Source: Octopus sinensis
Lineage: Eukaryota
Assembly: GCF_006345805.1 (NCBI RefSeq)
Contig: NC_043006.1
Span: forward strand, 63,860,001 to 63,924,000
Length of the DNA stretch: 64,000 nucleotides
Direction of reading: 5' to 3'
In this document: positions 25,194 to 40,047 of the stretch, one piece after another
Position numbering within the stretch: position 1 is the first letter of the stretch
How the letters are laid out: the number at the start of each line of letters is the position of its first letter
Notes under the pieces: model-generated
Database searches by the model: none
The model's input: only the letters and a program-made list of their open reading frames with translations
What the model was told of the DNA's origin: nothing
Made by a program: the position numbers and the translations under genes

Positions 25194-26874
25194 ACCCATG
25201 TCTTCATGAAAGTTTTGTCATGGTCCCTATCGTCATTTTGCGATATACTTTTTTTCACTTATATTTCATGCCTTTTAAATTCACTTGACTCTCTTCAGTA
25301 TTTTCACTTAAAAGAACTTTTTTTCCCTCGAAGACTTAAGACCAATAACTTTTTCTAGGGTCAAGACCTCCCTCATCTTTCTTCAGAAGAGGATAATAGG
25401 GGAACAAATGTGATACTAACATTCTGAACTTTTTTGACTTTGATTCTGTATATTACAGAAAAGAGCTTATTCAGCTTGGAATCGTAAAAAGATGTTTTCC
25501 GAAAACAGATCAGTGCTAAATGTTTTTTTCGTCTTTTTTTTTTTTTTTGTGCTGTGTGACCCTCTTACAGATATAATAATTCCACCTCCATAGAACCAAT
25601 ATAAACACCATTCATTCTATACACAACAATCTCTCCTCTTTATTACTACACGTGATTTTTGTCTTAATTGTAAACAAATATTATAAATGTAAACATTCTC
25701 ACCTCCACTCTCTTCCCAGCATCGGACCAAGTATCTTCATTGATCACACAGGAACTTAACACGGAATATTTTATATAATGTACGTTTTACAAAAATATAT
25801 ATTTCATACATTCTTCTAGGTTCGATATTTGGCTCAATTCAAGCTCGAGTTTACAATCTAAGAAGACATCCCTATGGCTTTGTACCAATGTTCTGTCCAT
25901 TTTTATTAATAGACATGCATTTTTGCAATTGCCAATATTCTCTGCCCATTTAATTCTGTAAGAGTTTCAACGTAACGATTTTTTTAGTTTTTCGGCAAAT
26001 AAAGTTTTTGTTATGGTCATTATTATTCATATTGTCATTGCGAGTTCATATCGTGTCGATTGTTCACATGTAAACCATATATATATACAAACATATTGTC
26101 AGTAAATCATAAATCCGAAAGAGAAACAGATTCTAAGTTATAAAAGCAGTAGAGTAATTAAAGATAATTAACGACCGGTCTGTGGGGTTACCCTGGATTT
26201 CGCGGCCATAAAACGCTTAGCTTTACGGTTTTTCTTTAGACCCTAATGACCGATCTGAAGAAAGCTAAACGCTTTATGCGAACTCCATAGACCGACCACA
26301 ACTAATATATATATATATAACACAGTTCAAAATTTGAATTTAAACTAGTAAACGTATCACTTCAATATGTCCTTTAAAAACAAAAATAAGTTCATCTTTT
26401 TCTTCTATATTCTGTAATTTTTTTTGTTCTGTCTGTCTTATAATCAACTTTTTTTCTGATTTCGGCTGAGTTTTCCTTTTATTCATTCTCTTTATTGAAA
26501 TAACCGTTTCTGTCCACCTTCTATGATTAAAAAATAATACTGCGTCATAAGTGCGAACCGGTCCTCCTTCAGTGTGGTGGTACCAGCTGGTATTTTGCAT
26601 ACCTTGTATCCTTCAAGCTGTTTTCTCCCAGGACCAATACAGTATTTTCATACATCTATAGATTCTATCATTTGCTTGTTTCCGTCATGCTGGAGCACTG
26701 CTTCGAAAGAATTTAGTCAAACAAAATGATCGCAGTACTTACGAGATTTTTTTTTTCGAATCGGATACTTATTTTATCAGTCTCTTGCTAAGTTACGAGG
26801 GACAAACCAACATCGGTTGTCAAGCACTGGTAGTGGGGGGTTGCAAGAATCTATCTGGCACGCGTGTGTGTGTA

Positions 26875-26908
<34 letters not shown>

Positions 26909-27659
26909 GCACACAATGGGCTTCATTCATTTCTGTCTACCAGTTTCACTCATGGTTATAGAAATCACTTTCCTAAAGTGCTAAACATGGGATTGAATCT
27001 GAAACTCAATGTTTGCATAACAACCTTCTGAACCACATAGCTAAGCCTGCTTAAAAAAAAAAAACTTGCTTGACTACTTAGCTGATTTTTTTTTTTTTTA
27101 ATCACTTCTCTTCATACCCTCCCCAAATTGAAATTATATTTGGAGCTACCAAATAAAATAAAGTTAGCTCTCATATACAGACTGGGTTTTAATTGATTAT
27201 ATCAGGCGTTTGGGAACCCTCTATACTAAAGGTAAGAATTCCATACCCTTTGGAAAGGGTTGCCTTGGGCCAAGGAAATTCATAGATCTTTAGATTAATA
27301 TTTATACATTGTCTACTCTAGGCACAAGGCTCGAAATTTGGGGGAGGGGGCCAGTCAATTAGATCGACCCCAAAATGATGAAAGGCAAAGTTGACTTCGG
27401 CTGAGATTAATATTTAGATATTTCAGTCAATTTTAGAGTTATGTACAAGTAAATAAGTTTTGGTTTAACTGATTAAGCTGCGATGGTGGTAAGAGAATTT
27501 ATAGCCATTTTCCCCAAACTCATCCATCAATTGGTGGTGGTTTGATATGCTAAAAGTAATAGCTATACTGCAATCAATACATAGCTGTCTCTCTGTCTTT
27601 ACCCTCTCTTTCTCATATATATGAGTGCATTTATGTGTATGTGTGTGTGTGTGTGTATG

Positions 27660-27691
<32 letters not shown>

Positions 27692-28377
27692 GGTGTTTTT
27701 TGTTTGCTGGAGACTGCTATAATGGCAGTGACAGATGCATACACATGAATACTAACACGTGTATATTCACACATGTGTATATATATATATATATATACAG
27801 AGAGAGAGAGAAGTATATACACAACACTATATAGCCTATAACATATACAACACTATACTGAATATATGTGTGTGTATAGATACTCGTATTCCTAAATTCA
27901 TATATATGTGTTTATATACACATGTATAATATATATATATCCTATAACATATATACAACTCTATGTGTGTATATATATATATATACACTCATATTCATAA
28001 ATTCTTATATATTTGTGTGTATTTATACACATGTATAATGTATACGTCCACAGGTGAAGTGTGTGTGTTGATGTATGTAAAATGTAGGCAGGTGTTACTG
28101 TGAAGTTTATAAAACTGCTTCTTAATCAACCAGTTCAATCCCATAATGCAACACCTCGCTCAAATGTCTTCTACCAAAGCCTGAAGTTGACCAATAACTT
28201 GTGAGTGGAAAATTAGTCAACAGAAACTGTGTGGACCAGTGAGTGTGTGTGTGTGTGTGTTGATGTTTGCACCATTCAAGAAGCTGAAGTTATGTTGTCA
28301 CCTTTTGCCCTGTAACATAGCAGTTCAACAAAGAGATAACATCATTATCATCATTGTTTCAATATCCACATTTCCAA

Positions 28378-28815
28378 AGGCAGTGAGTTGGCAGAGTCGT
28401 TAGCACACCGGTCGAAATGCTTAGTAGTATTTCGTCTGTCTTTACATTCTGTGTTCGAATTCTGCAGAGGTCGGCTTTGCTTTTCATCCTTTCAGGGTAG
28501 ACAAATTAAGTACCACTTGCATACTGGGGTTTCATCTAATTGCCTGCCCCCTCCCCCAAAATTTCGGGCCTTGTGCCTAGAGTAGAGAAAAATATTGTTT
28601 ATTCTCAAGGTGGCGAGATGTCAGACATGTTAGCATGCCGGGCGAAATGCTTAGCAGTATTTCATCTGTCTTTCTGAGTTCAAATTCTGCCAAGGTCAAC
28701 TTTACATTTCATCCTTTTGGGGTCAATAAATTAAGTATAGTTGCATACTAGGGTTGATCTAATTGACTGGCCCCCTCCCCCAAAATTTCAGGCCTTGTGC
28801 CTAGAGGAGGAAAGG
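28378..28815 (+). mobile_element. Two tandem copies of a third tRNA-derived SINE family
   Basis: Repeated GGCAG/CAG..GTTAGCA..GAAATGCTTAG..GGTC.ACTTT..CCTCCCCCAAAATTTC.GGCCTTGTGCCTAGAG units. Confidence 0.75.
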
Positions 28816-29211
28816 ATATCTTCTTTCCATGCTTGCATAGCTTTGGGCAGAATTTGTTCAAGCAGATTTTTTTCTATGGCCTGATGCCCTTCCTGTCATC
28901 AATGCTCACCTTTTTCCAAGCAAGGTAATATTTCTCCAAGACCAGACATTTTCATGCAAGACTAGAAATGAAGGAAGGACACTGCTTGTATGACAGGGAT
29001 GCTCGTTTACATGGCATCAAAGGCAAAACACTACCTAAATATATATATGTATAAATATATACATATATACACTTTGTATGCCCAGTACTTCTATTAGTAT
29101 CTTTTGCTGAACCACTAAGTTATAGGCACATAAACACACCAACATTGGTTGTCAAGTGACAGTGGTTGGACAAACACAGAGGCACAAACATATATGTATA
29201 TATATGTACAT

Positions 29212-30952
29212 AAGGGTAAAGGTGATGCTTTAGATAGGAATAACTACAAGGGTATTAAACTGCTGGATCAGGTGATGAAGGTCACAGAGAGGGTCATAGT
29301 CCATCTCATTAGGGAGAGAGTCTGCTTAGATGAGATGCAGTTTGGTTTTGTTCTGGGTAGAAGCACCACATGCCATATTCCTGGTTCGACAACTGCAGGA
29401 GAAATACCTAGCTAAAGATAAACCCCACTACTTAGCTTTTGTGGACTTGGAGAAAGCCTTTGACAGGGTCCCCCGATCCCTTATCTGGTGGGCAATGCGA
29501 AAACTGGAGATTGACAAATGGTTGATAAGGGCTGTACAGGCCCTATACAGAGAGGCTGTTAGTAAGGTTAGGATTGGCAACGAGTATAGTGAGGAATTCC
29601 GGGTAGAAGCAGGAGTGCACCAAGGTTCAACCCTTAGTCCCCTTCTATTCATCTTAGTCCTCCAGGCAATAACAGAGGAATTCAAGACGGGTTGCCCCTG
29701 GGAGCTCCTCTACGCTGATGACCTGGCCCTCATAGCAGAATAATTACCAGAACTAGAAAAGAAATTTCGGGTGTGGAAGCTAGGTTTAGAATCAAAGGGC
29801 CTTAGAGTAAATGTAGCAAAGACCAAAGTTATAGTAAGCAGGAAGGCGAACTCATCACACACCCTCTTGGGCAGGTGGCCCTGCTCAATCTGTAGAAAAG
29901 GTGTAGGTAGAAACTCCATAAGATGTACCCAGTGTAAGCTATGGACACATAAGAGATGCAGCAACATCAAAGGAAAATTAACCAAGAAGATAGCTTTCAT
30001 GTGCGGCAGATGCACAGGGGCAATAGACATCACAGATACTCAGAAAACAGATTCTATCACACTCCAGGGGGAGAAACTAGAAGTAGTTGATAGTTTCCGC
30101 TACCTAGGTGACCAAGTTAGTAGTGGAGGTGGATGTTCAGAGAGTGTTACCACTAGAATACGAATAGCCTGGTCAAAGTTTAGAAAGCTCCTACCCCTAC
30201 TGGTGACAAAGGGTCTCTCGCTCAGAGTGAAAGGTAGATTGTATGATGCATGTGTGCGAACAGCCATGCTTCACAGTAGTGAAACATGGGCTGTGACTGC
30301 AGAGGACATGCGTAGGCTTGAAAGAAATGAAGCTAGCATGATCCGATGGATGTGTAATGTCAGTGTGCGCGCACGACAGAGGGTAAGCACCCTGAGAGAA
30401 ATGCTGGACATAAGAAGCGTCAGATGTGGTGTGCAAGAGAGACGTTTGCGCTGGTATGGTCATGTACTGCGGATGGGTGAGGAGAGATGTGTGAAGAAGT
30501 GCCACTCTGGAGATATGCTGTGACTGCAAAGACCCAACAAATAATGTGAGTTCATGGCTGTTTCCTGCACCAGTTTCGCATAGCCCCAGCCCATCCAAAG
30601 TACCTTGGATTGCAGAATGACCTGCTGTGCTTGAGGAGACCTATTGAGTCAAGTACATCAACATCAAAATAAATATCAAATGGAAATTGTAGTTGTGATA
30701 CCTGTGCCAGTGGCACGTAAAAAGCACCATCTGAACGTGGCCGATGCCAGCCTCCCCTGGCTCCTGTGCTGCTGGCACATAAAAAGCACCTACTACACTC
30801 CCGGAGTGGTTGGCATTAGGAAGGGCATCCAGCTATAGAAACACTGCCAGATCAGACTGGAGCCTGGTGCAGCCTCCTGGCTTCCCAGACCCTGGTTGAA
30901 CCGTCCAATCCGGGCTAGCACGGAAAACGGATGTTAAAACGATGATGATGAT
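29212..30952 (+). mobile_element. 5'-truncated RTE-clade LINE pseudo-ORF (RT plus PHD-like finger) with 3' UTR
   Basis: YKGIKLL, QFGF, AFVDLEKAFDRV, GVHQGSTLSPLLF and YADD (29711-29722). Frameshift near 29370, premature TAA at 29741-29743, (GAT)n tail. Confidence 0.92.
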
Positions 30953-31704
30953 AATGGGCCTCTTTCAGTTTGTTTCTACCAAATCCACTAACAAAGCTTT
31001 GGTCGGTCCGAGGTTATAGTAGAAGACACTTGCCCAAGGTGCCATGCAGTAGGACTGAACCTGGAACCATGTGGTTGGAAAGCAAGCTTCTTACCACATA
31101 GCCACGCCTCTATATATGTCTGTATATGATGGGTTTCTTACAAATCCACTCACAAGGCTTTGATTTGCCCATGGTTTCACACAGTAGGATTGAACTCAGA
31201 ACCAAGTGGCTGGAAAGCAAACTTCTTAACCACACAGCCATACCTGCATAGTGATGAACAAATTTTGTTAGACCTCTGAGATGAGATGGAGAAAGTATCT
31301 CCCTCTCACTGGAGACCAAGGTGCCTGGTGGTGATGAATTAAACCAGGTGATGGATATGGTGGGATTTAGACTGAAAAGTACAAACAACTGAATCAAATT
31401 TCACGTAGCACCAACTCTGACATTTTCAAAGTTCAGCTAATCCACTATGGCACAACCTCTGTGGCACAACAACAGAATCACCTGCAGACCTACTGCCACT
31501 AACACAAACACCAGACTAAAACGGGGTCACTGCTCATCTGGCTATTCAAATGGCAGGATCTACTCAGATGCACATTTCTTTGAAGATGGGCCCTTAAGCC
31601 TGAAATATATAAAGGTTTTTCAACTTTCATCTCCACATTATTAATAACTTCCCTCACCTCCTTCTCCATTTATTATTCTAATCCACTCTCCTCCTTTACT
31701 TTAA

Positions 31705-32628
31705 CCCTTTTGATACCAACCTGGCTGAAATCCCCTCTGGCTCTCTAGCATGAATGTCTTCTATAATAATAAATGCCAAAACAAATTTGTGTGTCAGTGT
31801 GTCACACTTAACTACCTCTCTCACTATTCATTGACACTTCTTCTACTCCTCTTGCTGGGGTAAGAATAATAGAAGGCACAGTGAAGGTGAGGGTGATAGT
31901 GGATTGACAGTTGAGATGGTGACGGGAGGGGGGTGGTAGTAATAGTATGAGCTGTAGTTGTAATAGAGGCAGAGGTGATGGTGATAATGGTGGTGGTGGT
32001 GGTTGTGGTAGCTGAGGCAGTCAAACTTGATGGTGATAGTAGGGAATGTGAAAGACAGTGGTGAAGGGGAAGGTGGCGAAGTCAAAAGTGTTGCCGGTGG
32101 TGGCATGAGAAGTCTGAATGGTGTGTGAATGGCAGTTATAGTGGTATTGGTGACGGTGATGGTTGAAAACAATCAACAGAAACAGAGAGAGAGAGAAAGA
32201 AAGAGGTTAGGTTAGACAGAATAAAATTGTACTGACCTACCCCACTCCCCGAATGGGAAAACAAAATATGTTGTTTATCGTGAAGCTTTGCATATTATAT
32301 CATTGCTTGACAAAAATTGTACATTGCTTGAAAAATATTGGTCAAGTTTAATAAAATTTAATATGTACTCAATGCATGAAGTGTCATTATTGGGCTCAAA
32401 ACCCAATGAAGAGCCCTCCACAGGAGCTAGCTTAAAAACTGCCCGACAGGGCGGCTTTTAAGCTAGTGTTTTCATGTTTTGAATTAAAATCTTCCACCAA
32501 ACCTTAGTCACAATTTGTTCCTAACACTAGCATAATGATAACTAAGTTATTTTACTAAATTCTTTGTTATATTTAAAATCAATTGAAAGAAACAAAGAGC
32601 ATCTCAAAATAAATAGTCATAAAAGGGG
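31705..32628. mobile_element. piggyBac-type MITE (same family as 6381-6568) split by a Helitron-like insertion
   Basis: TTAA|CCCTTT start and GGG|TTAA end. The two halves rejoin to match the reverse complement of 6381-6568. Confidence 0.75.
31760..32466 (+). mobile_element. Non-autonomous Helitron-like element, copy 2
   Basis: TCTATAATAATAAATGCC start, terminal 18-bp hairpin ending in CTAG, no TSD, homologous to 2996-3701. Confidence 0.65.
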
Positions 32629-33674
32629 TTAAGCTCTTCACAGCACAGATCATCAATGATTTTTCTCTGCTGTCCTCAACTCTGGGCTGTCTTTCCTGCT
32701 TCTCTCCATTGGGATCCCTGCATTTTCCTTTCAGATTTTCATGCATCATGTAACAGTTTCCCTAGGCAAAGACTTTCCCCTTCCCTCCCAGATTTTGTTG
32801 GTTTTGAATTGTCCTTGATGTTTCTGTAACTTTGCTTCTTTTTTTTTTCTTTTCCTATATAGGGCTGTTGGCTCTATGCAAACCCATTTTTACCTCTCAA
32901 AAGAGGGCAATCTATATTTGACCTGTCCTATATGGATAGATCAAATATGCAGCCCTGGTAGGGCCTCCCATGCAGGCATGGAAAATGCATGTTAAATGAT
33001 GATGATAATCCATGTATTCAGGCATGTCTTTTCTCAGATCCTTGTCTTGCGAGCTCATGGGTGCTGGTGTCACATGCTGGTAACTTGTAAAAAGCACCCA
33101 GTACACTTTGTAAAGCGGCTGGCATTAAGAAGGGCATCCAGCCTTAGAAACCATGCCAAAACAGACAATTGGAACCTTGTGCAGCTCTCTATCTGGCCAG
33201 CTCCTGTCAAACCGTCCAACCCATGCCAGCATGGAAAACAGACATTAAATGATGATGATGATATATGTTCACCTGTTTCTTTCACTTCTATTTGCTGTCG
33301 TGATAATTCCTCGGCTGTTATTTGTGTTGCTTTCTTTTGGGATGGAGAGAGAGAGAGTGAGAGAGGTAGGTGGGAGTCAGAGTAAAAGAAAGTGGATAAA
33401 CTAAACAGAGGGGAAGGATGTGAAAATAGGGAGGAGGTGAAAATAGGGAGGAACAGGCAATAGAAACCCAACGGACATGTAAAGGAGTAAGAGAAATGGG
33501 AGATGGAATAAGAAACAAAGAGATTTGAAGAGGAGGAGGAGTAACAGCAAGACTCAGAGAGAGACAAGAGTAAGGTAAGAGATGTGGTGGGAGAGATGGA
33601 GTTATAGTGAGAGACGAATAGAAAGTGAGGGAATCAGAGAGAGAGGGAGAAAGAAATGAAGGGCATCGCTGCTA

Positions 33675-34080
33675 TACTCTTTACTTGTTTCAGTTATTTG
33701 ACTGCAGCCATGCTGGAGCACCGCCTTTAGTCAAGCAAATCGAGCCCGGGACTTATTCTTTGTAAGCCTAGTACTTATTCTATTGGTCTCTTTGGCTGAA
33801 CCGCTAAGTGATGGGGACATAAACACACCAGCATCGGTTGTCTAGCAATGCTAGGGGGACAAACACAGACACACAAACATACACACACACATATATATAT
33901 ATATATACATATATATGACGAGCTTCTTACAGTTTCCATCTACCAAATCCACTCACAAGGCTTTGGTCAGCCCAAGGCTATAGTAGAAGACACTTGCCCA
34001 AGATGCCACGCAGTGGGACTTAACCCAGAACCATGTGGTTGTTAAGCAAGCTACTTACCACACAGCCACTCTTGCACCTA
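33675..34080 (-). mobile_element. tRNA-derived SINE, most abundant family, full length
   Basis: Complete reverse-complement copy of the 8268-8670 family. Confidence 0.85.
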
Positions 34081-34669
34081 TAATGATGTTAAATGTTTTC
34101 CAGTCCAACAGACAGACATAAGATGATCAAATATTTACAATAAATTTATTGTGCCCTCTCATTTTTGTTCGATATTGTCATAGATGCAGCATTGCCCAGG
34201 TCACTTGACAAATCGGTATAAATGAGGGATTATTCACCACTGACCATTGAGTGGTCTTTAGCCTTAATAGAGGAGATTTAGAAACAGATAGATAGATAAG
34301 TAGGGAGATGGTCAGAAATAAAGAGAGAGAGATAAGCAGACATATTATACGTGTGCATACATACATACGGACATACATATATAAAATGCACCCAGCACAC
34401 TCTGTAAAGTGGCTGGCATTAGAAAAGGCATCAAGCTGTAGAAACCATGCCAAAACGAGGGTAGATCTTGGTGCAGTTCCCTGTTAAATGATGATGATGA
34501 TGATAATATATATAGGTGCAGGTGCGGCTGTGTGGTTAGAAGCTTGCTTCTCAACCACATGATTCCAGGTTCAGTCCCACTGCATGTCACCTTGGGCAAG
34601 TGTCTTCTACTATAGCCTTGGGCATACCAAAGCCTTGTGATTGGATTTAGTAGACAGAAACTGAAAGAA

Positions 34670-34900
34670 GGCAGTGAGGTGGCAGAAACGTTAACACGCG
34701 GGGCGAAGTGCTTAGCAGTATTTCATTTGCCATTACATTCTGAGATCAAATTCTGCCGAGGTCAACTTTGCCTTTCATCCTTTCAGGGTCGATTAAATAA
34801 GTACCAGTTACGCACTGGGGTTGATGTAATCGACTTAATTTGTTTGTCTGTCCTTGTTTGTCCCCTCTATGTTCAGCTCCTTGTGGACAGTAAAGAAATA
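34670..34900 (+). mobile_element. Third-family SINE nested in an abundant-family SINE, with 14-bp TSD
   Basis: TSD AGAAACTGAAAGAA at 34656-34669 and 34901-34914. The host SINE resumes after the second copy. Confidence 0.85.
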
Positions 34901-35836
34901 AGAAACTGAAAGAAACCCATCGTATATGTGTGTGTGTGTGTGTTTGTCCTTCACCACCACTTGACAACCAGTGTTGGTGTGTTTACATCCCCATGACTTA
35001 ACAGCTTGGCAAAAGAGACCTATAGAGTAAGTACTAGGCTTTAAAAAACAATAAGTCCTGGAGGTCAATTTGTTTGGCTAAAACCCTTCAAGGTGGAGAT
35101 CCAGCATGGCCACAGTCAAATGACTGAAACAAGTAAAAAAGATAAAAAGATATATATATATATATACACACATATATATATATATATATGTATGTAAATA
35201 GCTTGCTTACCAACCGCATGGTTCCAGGTTCAATCCCCCTGCATGGCACCTTAGGCAAGTGTCTTCTACTATGCCTTTTGAGTCAACCAAAGCCTTGTGA
35301 GTGGATTTGGCAGATGGAAACTGAAAGAAGCCTGTTGTATATATATATATATATATACACATACATATATATATGTGTATGTGTGTGTGTAAATTTTGTG
35401 TGCCTGTATTTGTCCCCACATCATCGCTTAACAACCGATGTAGGTGTGTTGACGTTCCTGTAACTTAGTGGTTCGGCAAAAGAAGCTGATAGAATAAGTA
35501 CTAGGCTTACAAAGAATAAGTCTTGGGGTCGATTTGTTTGACTAAAAGTGGTGCTCCAGCATGGCCACAGACTGAAACAAATAAATGAGTGAAAGAGTAA
35601 TATATTGGTAGACTGACTGAGAGACAGAGAGAGAAGGAAATAGATAGATATTCATATAGCTGGATAGGTAGGTTTGTGGTGCCTGCATATCTAATTAATC
35701 TAAAGGGCTTAATTAATGGGCATTAAGAATTTGTCTCCTGTTATGTTACATTTAGAAACATGGACCAATCAACATATATATGTGTGTATGAGTGTGCATA
35801 TATATATAATGTATATATATATGTATATATATATAT

Positions 35837-36596
<760 letters not shown>

Positions 36597-37130
36597 TGCC
36601 ATCATTTTAAAATCCTCATTCCATTCTGACAGAGGCTGGATGGGTTATGGTGAGAGTCAGCTCTTATTATGCTGTTGCTGTCTATCTGTCTGCCTATCTA
36701 TTTATATGTCTGTCTGTTTATTTATATGTCTGTCTATCTATTTATCTATCGATCTAGCTACTTATCTATCTACCCATCTATTTATCTGTCTATCTATCTA
36801 TCTATCTATTTGAAATTTTCTGCTTATATGTGTGTGTGCATATATCTTTATATACTCCTATTTCTCTCTCTCTCCCTACTCACCTCTTTCTAAATCTCTT
36901 CTATAAAGGCTGAATCCTTCTTGTAACATCGAGATGTATCTAGTGACCAGACGAGAGGTGTGTCTTATGACGATATCGAATGAGTGGACAGAGGGAATTT
37001 ATAGCTGACATTTTTGTAGCAGTCTTCTTGATTAAAGAAGACACGACATCATTATAATTGCTCAAATATTCCTATTTCATTCGGCATTGTCTTCTTTTTT
37101 TAACCTTTCTTTCTCTCTCCTGCCTTTCTA

Positions 37131-37171
<41 letters not shown>

Positions 37172-37639
37172 TTCTCTCTCTCTTTGTCTGTCTGTCTTTC
37201 TCTCTCTCTCTCGCTTAATCTCACACTCTCCCTCTCTCTTTCTGTCTGTCTGTCTCCCCCTCTCCCTCTCTGCATCTATAGCACATTTTCTCAAATTCTC
37301 AGTTTCCAGCTCTTGTACATATCTTTAATTCTCTCAACTTCTACCTCCATTTTTTATACTATCACTACTTCTTCATTTTTCTCTTTAACTCCATCGTATC
37401 ACTACGCCTATCACTCTTACGCTAGAGAAAAAAAGGGTGAGACAAGAACAGACACATACGAGGCAAGAACATGACATAAATAACATAGTAACACTAACGT
37501 TGATGACTAATACTTTTGGAAGGGAGGTAACTATGTTGAAACTTAATGAACTTCAGATACAGGGGAAGGAAGTATATAACGTCTTGGGCAACCACAATAC
37601 ACGCTCATGTCAGACTCTCCTCAGAATCGTGTGACGTGT

Positions 37640-38393
37640 CTGCTTTGTCCGAATGGTTTGGGGGTCTGGGTCTGCGCAAGTGCTCATCTCCATCTCTTTC
37701 CTTTTATCTTTCCGCCATCCACGCTTGCTTCCCTTTGATAGGCAACAGCCTCTCCTCTCCAATATAGACTAGTTCCAACAGGGAGATGGATGATACAGTT
37801 GAGGATGTGGAACAATCTGTGTTCAGGTGCCACTTTCAATTCTCTCCTTGATCAATCTGATCAATTTCCAAGGTGTCACCTACTTTCCGCCAGTGCAAAA
37901 TTCTCAGGGGACTGGATTGATGCCCTGCCTGTGGCCAACATTAGAGGTCTACTCAGTCTAGATGAGCTCCACATCTCCATCTTGCTCAGAGTGGGAGCTG
38001 AGGTCTGTAAGGGACTGAGACAGCATTGCTCAACTCCACAGGTCTTCGTAGTCTGTTTTGCTGCCTAAACGCTGGTTATTTCGCTCATCACACTAGGTTA
38101 AACTTAATCATTAAGTGGCCTCTGGCTTGGGTTAATAACCCCTCAGTTCTGGAGCTGGCAGGATTATCCAGAAGTGAAGGGGAGAGACCCCCTGTCCCTG
38201 GGTAAGAGGTAGGTGCCACATCTGGGACGCCACAATCTGTGACTGCTTTGTTCCTTTACACATCCTGGATGTTGTGGTAAATGGGTGGGTCAGTGCTTCT
38301 GTAGCTGGAATGAACGAATCATGAAGTATCAGGACCTGTCAGTGAACTATGTCCTCCAGCCTGTGGCATTTGAGACATTTGGAGTGGGCCAGG
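37640..38393 (+). mobile_element. Degenerate CRE-like non-LTR retrotransposon 3' end (restriction-like endonuclease type)
   Basis: Frame-hopping motifs GGLGLR, SGDWIDALP, ISILLRVG.EVC, PWVRG..IWDAT and KYQDL..Y.LQPVAFETFG. Confidence 0.7.
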
Positions 38394-39704
38394 TTGTTAA
38401 CAGTGAAGTTGTTGTCGTCATTAGCAGCTCGCCTTATCAAAGTGTCAGCCGATACCCACGAGGGCACTTGGCTGCCTCGCCATCGCCCGTGGTAATGTTA
38501 TAAGCATGTTGGCTTGCTTCAGTAGGTTCCGTTGAACCTTGTGGTGTGCGACCAATTGTGGCACTTGGTGTTGCATTGATATCTTTTTTCCTTTCTGTTT
38601 TTCTCTATCTTTGTTTTCTCTCTTTCTTTTCCCTTGTTCTTTTTTTTCCATTTTTAGTTTTGGATAAACAAATATGTATACACCAACATTGTATATATGT
38701 TACATGTAACTGAATTTAATGATATCATAAAATCATTTATTTTCATTGTAATAAATATTTCTCATATAATATATACATGCCTACATTTGTATGTGTATGT
38801 ATATATATAAAAAATCAATTGAATAATAACAGATGATAGATAATTGTCAGCTCATTACAGCTGTTCCTTACACATTTTTTAATAGAAGAATGAGAACATT
38901 ACTTCACTGCAAAAAACTGTAATGAGCTGACAATTCTCCATCGCCTGCTATTATTCATTTGGTTATAATACACCATAAGGATTTACATGTCAGACACCCT
39001 GGAGTATACCAACAAAGTACAATCAATGTAACGCATGTTTTGGACCAGCCCCTGGGCGTTAAATACTTATGGGGTTGGTTTCTCTGTGTACACAACCAGA
39101 AGATCCTATTTGACATTTATCAGCCATAGGTGGTGACCACAGGTTTATCCAACCTTACCTGGTGCAAATCCTTTCAAGTACTCAATTCTATCTGAATCCT
39201 TATATATGTGTGTGTGTGTGCAAGAGTGGCTATGTGGTAAGAAACTTGCTTCCCGACCATTTGGTATCAGGTTCAGTCCCAATGTGTGGCACCTTGGATA
39301 GGTGTCTTCTAAACATGTGTGTGTGTCTATATATATATATAATATAAATACCTCATACCTCTATTTACTTAATATCAAGGTCTCATTCATTCTTTTGTTA
39401 TACTATTACTAGTAATATATATATTTCGATAGATAGATAGATAGAGAGAGAGACAAAGTTGTATGTATGCATGCATGTATGTATGTATGAAATGTTGAAA
39501 CTTATTGAACTACAGATACAGGGGAAGGAAGTATATAAGAGACATCATGCAACCGCAGTGGTAAGAAGCTTGCTTCCCAATCACATGGTTCTGGGTTCAG
39601 TCTCACTGCATGCTACCTTTGGCAAGTGTCTTCTACTATAGCCTTGGGCTGACCAAAGCCTTGTGAGTGGATTTGGTAGACGGAAACTGAAAGAAGCCTG
39701 TTGT

Positions 39705-40047
<343 letters not shown>

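Noticed and set aside
26177-26293. Short imperfect inverted repeat downstream of H2A as an RNA element
   Set aside because: The arms are gapped and look like a decayed MITE. It is about 1 kb past the processing site, with no support for function.
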